From positions 64,001 to 128,000 of the forward strand of contig CAXXWC010000022.1 in NCBI GenBank assembly GCA_963668645.2: a DNA stretch of 64,000 nucleotides. Direction: 5' to 3'. The notes below the pieces were generated by a model. The model saw only the letters and a list, made by a program, of their open reading frames with translations, ran no database searches and was not told the origin of the DNA. This DNA is from Desulfobacterales bacterium (GTDB lineage Bacteria; Desulfobacterota; Desulfobacteria; Desulfobacterales; UBA2174). The position numbers were made by a program, and so were the translations under genes. This document shows, piece by piece, positions 58,338-64,000 of the stretch (position 1 is its first letter; each line of letters opens with the position of its first letter).

Positions 58338-59372
58338 TTAATACCCTTCGTAGGCCAGCCCCTGCCAGCTGTTCGGATCGGCGAGACGGGCGGCGATATC
58401 CAGGTTGAAAAATTCGGCGACCGGCGCGAAAAGTTCAGGGTTTTGCGCCTGGACCTGGCGGGCGGCGGCCAGGACGGTCTCCAGCCCCTGGGCGGTCATG
58501 CGGCCCAGGGGACGGCGGCATCCGCCCGAGGGCATGCCGAGGATCGTCATCAGGGCCTTGAGCGCCAGGGGGTTGCGGGCCCGGCAGGTCACCGGCCCGA
58601 AGGGCGTCGTCTCGGTGGTCTTGACGGTGACCAGATCGAAGAGCGGGGTCAGGGCGTCGCGCAGGGCGGCGGCCCCGGTGCGGTCCCCGTCGTTCAAGCG
58701 CGAGACCATGTCGATCACGGCCCGGGGGACCACGTTGGAGAGCACGCTGATCACGCCGGCCGCACCGATGGCCGCATCGGTCATCATCTCGAAGGTCATC
58801 CCGTCGTCGCCGGACAGGATGGTGAAATCCGCGCCGCAGCATTCGCGGGTGCGCCGCATGTTGTCCAGGTTGCCCGTGGCCTCCTTGGCCGTGTTGACGT
58901 TGGGGTACTGGCGGCTGAGCAGGGCCAGGTCCTGGGGGAGCAGCTGGGCGCCGGTGCGGCCGGGGATGATGTAAGGCACCACCTCGATGTCGGGAAAGGC
59001 CTGGGCCACAGGCGCGACGTACTCGCGCCGGATTTCCAGTGAACTTGGCCCGTTGTAGTAAGGATCGACCAGCAGCACCGCGTCGACGCCGGCCGCTGCG
59101 GCATGCCGGGTCCCCTCCAGGGTTTCGGCGGTGTTGTTGCTGCCGGTGCCGGCGATGCACAGGCAGTGCCCCCGGCTCATGCCGGCCACCATTTCGATGA
59201 CCCGATTGTGTTCCTCCCAGGTCAGGGTGGGGCTTTCTCCGGTGGTGCCCACCGCCAGGATCCCGGTGATGCCGTTTTCGATCTGAAAGCTGACCAGGCG
59301 CCGCAGCCCGGCATCATCGACGGCCCCGCCGGCAAACGGTGTGATCAGCGCTGTATAGCAACCTTTTTGCAT
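58338..59372 (-). CDS. dapA: 4-hydroxy-tetrahydrodipicolinate synthase
   Basis: GTTGESPTL, GTGSN, PYYN, KEATG and LSGDD. Confidence 0.9.
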   Translation of the reverse strand: MQKGCYTALITPFAGGAVDDAGLRRLVSFQIENGITGILAVGTTGESPTLTWEEHNRVIEMVAGMSRGHCLCIAGTGSNNTAETLEGTRHAAAAGVDAVLLVDPYYNGPSSLEIRREYVAPVAQAFPDIEVVPYIIPGRTGAQLLPQDLALLSRQYPNVNTAKEATGNLDNMRRTRECCGADFTILSGDDGMTFEMMTDAAIGAAGVISVLSNVVPRAVIDMVSRLNDGDRTGAAALRDALTPLFDLVTVKTTETTPFGPVTCRARNPLALKALMTILGMPSGGCRRPLGRMTAQGLETVLAAARQVQAQNPELFAPVAEFFNLDIAARLADPNSWQGLAYEGY

Positions 59373-59682
59373 ACTTCCCCCTTCGTGTTCATCCGGATTG
59401 TCCGGTTTGATGTTGCAATATGTTGGAATCGTTCAAAACGTTTTCCTTTTGTATGGCACAAAACGATCGGCCGTCAACTGAAAATCCGGCGCGTTTCGGT
59501 TTTGGTTTGCCTGGATACCTGCCAAAGGACGGGAACCCGTTAGCGGCCCGGGCCGGCTGCGGGTGGCCGGCCCGGGCTGCCGCGGTTAACCCTTGACAGC
59601 CGCCGCCGGCGATACTATCTCGAAAAATTTCAGGTTGAAAAACGTCTGGAGACGACTTGAGGCAGCCAGCCAAAGGAGCCCT

Positions 59683-60342
59683 ATGAGCGACCAAAAGCCA
59701 CGATTTCAAAATGTCCACGAACATATCGCCACCCTGCGCGCCGCCCTGGAAGCCAACCCGGACTGCGGCACGACCCATTACAACCTGGCCGTCGCACTCC
59801 TTGGGCTGAATCGATTCGAACAGGCCGAGGGTGAACTTTACCGGGCCATCGAGTGCAGTCCGACCCTGGCCGAGGCCTACGCCCAGGTGGGCGGGCTGTG
59901 CCTGCGCCGGGGCGACCTGGACGGCTGTCTGGACTGGAACCAGCGTGCCGTCAAGGCCCGGCCGGGCTTTTCCGAGGGGTACGGCAACATCGGATTTGTT
60001 CAGCTGCAGCGCGGCAACGTCGACGAGGCGATCAAGGCCCTTGAAAAGGCGACCCATTTCAATTTTCGTTTCATCCAGGCCTTTACAACCCTGGGCAATG
60101 CCTACCTGATGGCCGGAAGGGTCGAAGAAAGCATCGCGGTCAATCTGCGGGCTCTCGAACTGAAACCTGAATTCGCCGTGGCCCACAACAACCTGGCCAT
60201 CGCCTACCTCGAGCAGGGCGATTTCACTCAGGCCGATCACCACATGCGGCTGGCCCTGAAGCACGGTTATGCCGTGGCCGAGCAGATCCAGCAGGATATC
60301 GCCGCCGGTCTGGACCGTGATCCGGACCCCGCCTGTGGCTGA
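59683..60342 (+). CDS. Tetratricopeptide repeat protein
   Basis: Repeated HYNLA/YGNIG/HNNLA TPR units; RBS AAGGAG. Confidence 0.85.
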   Translation: MSDQKPRFQNVHEHIATLRAALEANPDCGTTHYNLAVALLGLNRFEQAEGELYRAIECSPTLAEAYAQVGGLCLRRGDLDGCLDWNQRAVKARPGFSEGYGNIGFVQLQRGNVDEAIKALEKATHFNFRFIQAFTTLGNAYLMAGRVEESIAVNLRALELKPEFAVAHNNLAIAYLEQGDFTQADHHMRLALKHGYAVAEQIQQDIAAGLDRDPDPACG

Positions 60343-61510
60343 CTCTGCACGCATCGCTTTTTTCCTCGCCGACCGGCAACACCCGGTCGGCCCCGCAAGT
60401 CCGATCTGGGACCGCATTCTACCTTCGGCGCCGGATCCGGGTGGCGGCCCGGCTGCACCGCAAAACACCCTGACCTATGGGCAGTACTTCACGGCCGTGG
60501 CCGATTTTTTGCGCCATCGCGAGTGGTTTCCGGTCCGCCTGGACCTGGGCGACGCCCCGCAGCAGGTTGAGATTTTTCTCGAAAAACACGGGGCCTTTTA
60601 CCATCCGGCCAGAATCGCGGTCGCCACCGGCTCCGGCCGTCGTGATCTGGCCGTCAATGTGGCCGTCTCGCCGGCCGGCAGGGCACTCTTGGCCGGGGAA
60701 GCAAGCCTGCTCGATAGCCTTGAAAGGCGTTTCGGCGGCTGCCGGCTGCCGAAAGTCTTTCATTGCCGCACCGTCGTTTTGGATGGCGGGCGTTGCGTGC
60801 CGATGTTTCTGGCCGAATGGTTCACCGGATTTTTTGAATTTCATTTGACCGCCTGTCCGGACGCGAAGGGCCGGCCGGCGGTTTGGACCCCGTCGGGTCC
60901 CCGGCCCTTGGATGCCGGCCAGACCCGATCGCTTTACCGCGAGGCGGCCGGCTTGTTGACCGGCTACTACGATGTCTTGAGCACCGAGCAGATCCTCGAC
61001 TGGCACCATGCCGCCGGCGATTTCATCGTACGGCCCCACGATGGCGGCGACATGGAGCTGCGCCTGATCACCGTGCGCCGCTACGGCCCCCTGATTGCCG
61101 GCGCCGAGCCGGAATTTGACACGGTTCTCCTCGGTGCCGCGCTCTTTCTGGTCCACACCAGCCTGCGTATGCGGCTGGACCGCTGCGACGGGATCGGTGA
61201 GACGCTCCTGGCCGGTCCCGAAACCATCGCGCCGGTTGTAGAGGGATTTTTTGATGCGCTGGCGGGCAAGGTGCGCCGCGGCCAAATCCCGGATGAACTG
61301 GCTTCGGCCGTGGCGGTCTATTTGGGTGGTCTTACAGTCGAAGATCTGGCCCCCATGATCTCGGCCTGCATTCAAAAACGGCCGGCCGGCGACCCCGGGC
61401 GGATACTGATGGCCGCTGCCGCCGCCAGGCACGGGATTGAGCTGCAGCGGGTTCTGGAGGCGGGAGAACGGCACAGATCAACCACTACATTCAGCGGTAA
61501 AACTCTCTAG
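60335..61510 (+). CDS. Hypothetical protein upstream of dsrA (start uncertain)
   Basis: Long ORF with EKHGAFYHP and WHHAAGDF motifs, overlapping the TPR gene stop. Confidence 0.7.
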   Translation: MADSARIAFFLADRQHPVGPASPIWDRILPSAPDPGGGPAAPQNTLTYGQYFTAVADFLRHREWFPVRLDLGDAPQQVEIFLEKHGAFYHPARIAVATGSGRRDLAVNVAVSPAGRALLAGEASLLDSLERRFGGCRLPKVFHCRTVVLDGGRCVPMFLAEWFTGFFEFHLTACPDAKGRPAVWTPSGPRPLDAGQTRSLYREAAGLLTGYYDVLSTEQILDWHHAAGDFIVRPHDGGDMELRLITVRRYGPLIAGAEPEFDTVLLGAALFLVHTSLRMRLDRCDGIGETLLAGPETIAPVVEGFFDALAGKVRRGQIPDELASAVAVYLGGLTVEDLAPMISACIQKRPAGDPGRILMAAAAARHGIELQRVLEAGERHRSTTTFSGKTL

Positions 61511-61588
61511 CCCCACAAGATGAAGTGCGAAAATGCCGCGGACGGCCGCTGGATAGATGATGCCGCGGCGCCGATTCCTGCTTTTCTA

Positions 61589-61617
61589 TTGACATTATTG
61601 AACAATGATTCTATATC
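61589..61617 (+). promoter_or_regulatory. Putative sigma70 promoter of dsrAB
   Basis: TTGACA-17 nt-TATATC. Confidence 0.55.
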
Positions 61618-61794
61618 CGTGCCTTGCATATCCACGATGCAACGCATCGCTACGCGATCGACATACAACAACTCGAATCCAATACCACAAGTGCAAAGAG
61701 AGGAGGTGACCGCGGGCCCCCGCCGGGCATTTTTCAGCGCAGTTTCCCATTTGGCCGGTAGCTTAATTGTTATTTACAGACATGGAGGTAAAAG

Positions 61795-63111
61795 ATGGCA
61801 AAGCATGCAACCCCCCTGCTGGACCAGCTGGAAAGCGGACCGTGGCCGAGCTTCGTGTCCGACTTGAAAGAGCAGGCCGAGAAGCGGGCGAAGAACGCCG
61901 AGAACATTGAGTTCCAGATTCCGACCGATGTCGTCGAGGACCTTCTCGGCGTGCTCGAACTGTCTTACAAGCACGGCCGCACCCACTGGAAGCACGGCGG
62001 GATCGTCGGCGTCTTCGGTTATGGCGGCGGCGTCATCGGCCGCTACTGCGACCAGCCGCAAGAGTTTCCGGGCGTGGCTCACTTCCACACCATGCGAGTC
62101 TCCCAGCCAGGCGGCAAGTTTTACACCAGCAAATATCTGCGCGAGATTTGCGACCTGTGGGATATGCGCGGTTCAGGCATCACCAACATGCACGGCTCCA
62201 CCGGTGACATCATCTTTTTGGGCACCACCACGCCGCAGTTGGAAGAAGTCTTTTTTGAGCTGACCCACAACCTGAATCAGGACCTGGGCGGCTCGGGCTC
62301 CAACCTGCGCACCCCTTCGGATTGCATCGGCGAAGCCCGTTGTGAGTATGCCTGCTACGACACCCAGGCGCTGTGCTTCGATCTGACCAACGAGTACCAG
62401 GATGAGCTGCACCGGCCGGCCTTCCCGTACAAGTTCAAGTTCAAGTTCGACGGTTGCCCGAACTGCTGCGTGGCCTCCATCGCCCGTTCAGACCTGTCTT
62501 TTATCGGCACCTGGCGCGACAACATCCGCATCGACCAGGAAGCGGTCCAGGCCTATATCGGCGGCGAGATCCCGCCCAACGGCGGCGCCCATGCCGACCG
62601 TGACTGGGGCAAGTTTGACATCCAGGCCGAGGTAATCGGCCGCTGCCCGACCGGGTGCATGTGGATGGAAGACGGCCAGCTGAAGATCGACGACCGTGAA
62701 TGCACTCGCTGCATGCACTGCATCAACGTCATGCCGCGCGCGCTGCGCATCGGTAACGACCGGGGGTGCTCGATTTTTGCCGGCGCCAAGGCTCCGATTC
62801 TCGACGGCGCCCAGATGGGCTCGTTGGTTGTGCCTTTCATCAAGGTCGAGGAACCGTATACCGAGATCAAGGAAACCGTGATCGAACCCATCTGGGATTG
62901 GTGGATGGAAGAAGGCAAGAACCGCGAGCGTCTCGGTGAGTTGATGAAACGCCAGGGCTTCCAGAAGCTCCTCGAGGTGATGGACATGAAGCCGATGCCG
63001 CAGCATGTTCAGGAACCCCGCAGCAACCCGTACATCTTCTGGAAGGAAGATGAGGTTCCCGGCGGCTGGGAGCGTGACATCAACGAGTTCCGCAAGTACC
63101 ATCAGAGATAA
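61795..63111 (+). CDS. dsrA: Dissimilatory sulfite reductase alpha subunit
   Basis: LESGPWPSFV, THWKHGG, FPYKFKFKFDGCPNCC and CTRCMHCIN. Confidence 0.98.
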   Translation: MAKHATPLLDQLESGPWPSFVSDLKEQAEKRAKNAENIEFQIPTDVVEDLLGVLELSYKHGRTHWKHGGIVGVFGYGGGVIGRYCDQPQEFPGVAHFHTMRVSQPGGKFYTSKYLREICDLWDMRGSGITNMHGSTGDIIFLGTTTPQLEEVFFELTHNLNQDLGGSGSNLRTPSDCIGEARCEYACYDTQALCFDLTNEYQDELHRPAFPYKFKFKFDGCPNCCVASIARSDLSFIGTWRDNIRIDQEAVQAYIGGEIPPNGGAHADRDWGKFDIQAEVIGRCPTGCMWMEDGQLKIDDRECTRCMHCINVMPRALRIGNDRGCSIFAGAKAPILDGAQMGSLVVPFIKVEEPYTEIKETVIEPIWDWWMEEGKNRERLGELMKRQGFQKLLEVMDMKPMPQHVQEPRSNPYIFWKEDEVPGGWERDINEFRKYHQR

Positions 63112-63126
63112 GAGGAGGTGGACGCC

Positions 63127-64000
63127 ATGGCATTTGTTTCTTCCGGATACGATCCTTCAAAGCCGATGCAAAACCGGATCACGGACATCGGTCCGCGTAA
63201 ATACGACGAATTTTATCCGCCGGTCATCGCCAAGAACAAGGGTAAGTGGCTGTATCACGAAATCTTGGAGCCCGGTGTGCTGGTCCATGTGGCCGAGTCC
63301 GGCGACGAGATCTACACGGTGCGCGTGGGCGGGGCCCGCCTGATGTCCACCGGTCTGATCCGCGAGATTTGCGAGATTGCCGACAAGCACTGCGACGGTT
63401 ACGTACGCTGGACGACGCGCAACAACGTCGAATTCATGTGCGACGACAAGGCCAAACTCCAGCCTCTGATCGACGACTTGGCCAGCCGTAAATTCGTCGG
63501 CGGCAGCTTCAAGTTCCCAAAGGGCGGCACCGGCGCAGGCGTGACCAACATCGTCCACACCCAGGGCTGGATCCACTGCCATACCCCGGCCACCGATGCT
63601 TCCGGTCCGGTCAAGGCCACCATGGACGTGCTCTTCGAGGACTTCCAGAAGATGCGTCTGCCGGCCCAGGTGCGCGTATCGTTGGCCTGCTGCCTCAACA
63701 TGTGCGGCGCTGTGCACTGCTCGGACATCGCTATCCTCGGCTACCATCGCAAGCCGCCGATGCTCGACCATGAGTATCTGGACAAGATGTGCGAAATCCC
63801 CCTGGCCATCGCAGCCTGCCCCACCGCGGCCATCAAGCCGTCCAAGGTCAAGCTCGCCGATGACAAAGAGGTCAAGTCTGTGGCGGTGAACAACGACCGC
63901 TGCATGTTCTGCGGCAACTGCTACACCATGTGCCCCTCCATGCCGCTTGCAGACACCGAGGGCGACGGCATCGTGCTCATGGTGGGCGGCAAGGTCTCCA
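63127..64000 (+). CDS. dsrB: Dissimilatory sulfite reductase beta subunit (runs off window)
   Basis: [35 protein letters not shown] and [13 protein letters not shown]. Confidence 0.97.
   Translation, partial: MAFVSSGYDPSKPMQNRITDIGPRKYDEFYPPVIAKNKGKWLYHEILEPGVLVHVAESGDEIYTVRVGGARLMSTGLIREICEIADKHCDGYVRWTTRNNVEFMCDDKAKLQPLIDDLASRKFVGGSFKFPKGGTGAGVTNIVHTQGWIHCHTPATDASGPVKATMDVLFEDFQKMRLPAQVRVSLACCLNMCGAVHCSDIAILGYHRKPPMLDHEYLDKMCEIPLAIAACPTAAIKPSKVKLADDKEVKSVAVNNDRCMFCGNCYTMCPSMPLADTEGDGIVLMVGGKVS

Noticed and set aside
59543..59585. GC-rich hairpin between dapA and the TPR gene as an ncRNA
   Set aside because: It is a single stem in a divergent promoter region with no further support.
1..64000. 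tRNA (including tRNA-Sec) or rRNA genes
   Set aside because: I recognised no cloverleaf or rRNA signature by eye; a tRNAscan-SE run would be needed to exclude them.

Overview
GC-rich chromosomal window from a sulfate-reducing deltaproteobacterium, probably Desulfobacterales (dsrAB at the right edge). It has four parts. (1) 1-5.7 kb: the end of an IS66 element and a decaying ArsR/DGC/CcdA/permease/CoA-disulfide-reductase-like locus. (2) 5.7-19.6 kb: a selenium/sulfur-carrier cluster. It holds selD with an in-frame UGA (Sec) and SECIS-like hairpin, yedF, yedE, a TusA-like carrier, a DUF3343-type gene, amino-acid ABC parts, and a double-cubane-type reductase with its ATP-dependent activase. (3) 19.8-34.1 kb: an AT-rich integron that the ORF track does not reveal. 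A degenerate intI remnant is cut off by a 3 x 169-bp REP-like array, followed by attI and at least 6 cassettes/attC sites (two HEPN-motif proteins, a His-Me nuclease and others). Group II introns sit antisense in three attC sites (one intact, two decayed). Two IS elements with clear target duplications are nested inside, plus a non-cassette marR-MFS block joined to an attC through an intron remnant. (4) 34.3-64 kb: housekeeping genes, including a glycogen cluster with a eukaryote-type UGPase and no glgC, then ilvE, dapA and dsrA/dsrB. Several single-base homopolymer frameshifts may be sequencing errors. All family calls come from motif recognition by eye; no database searches were run.
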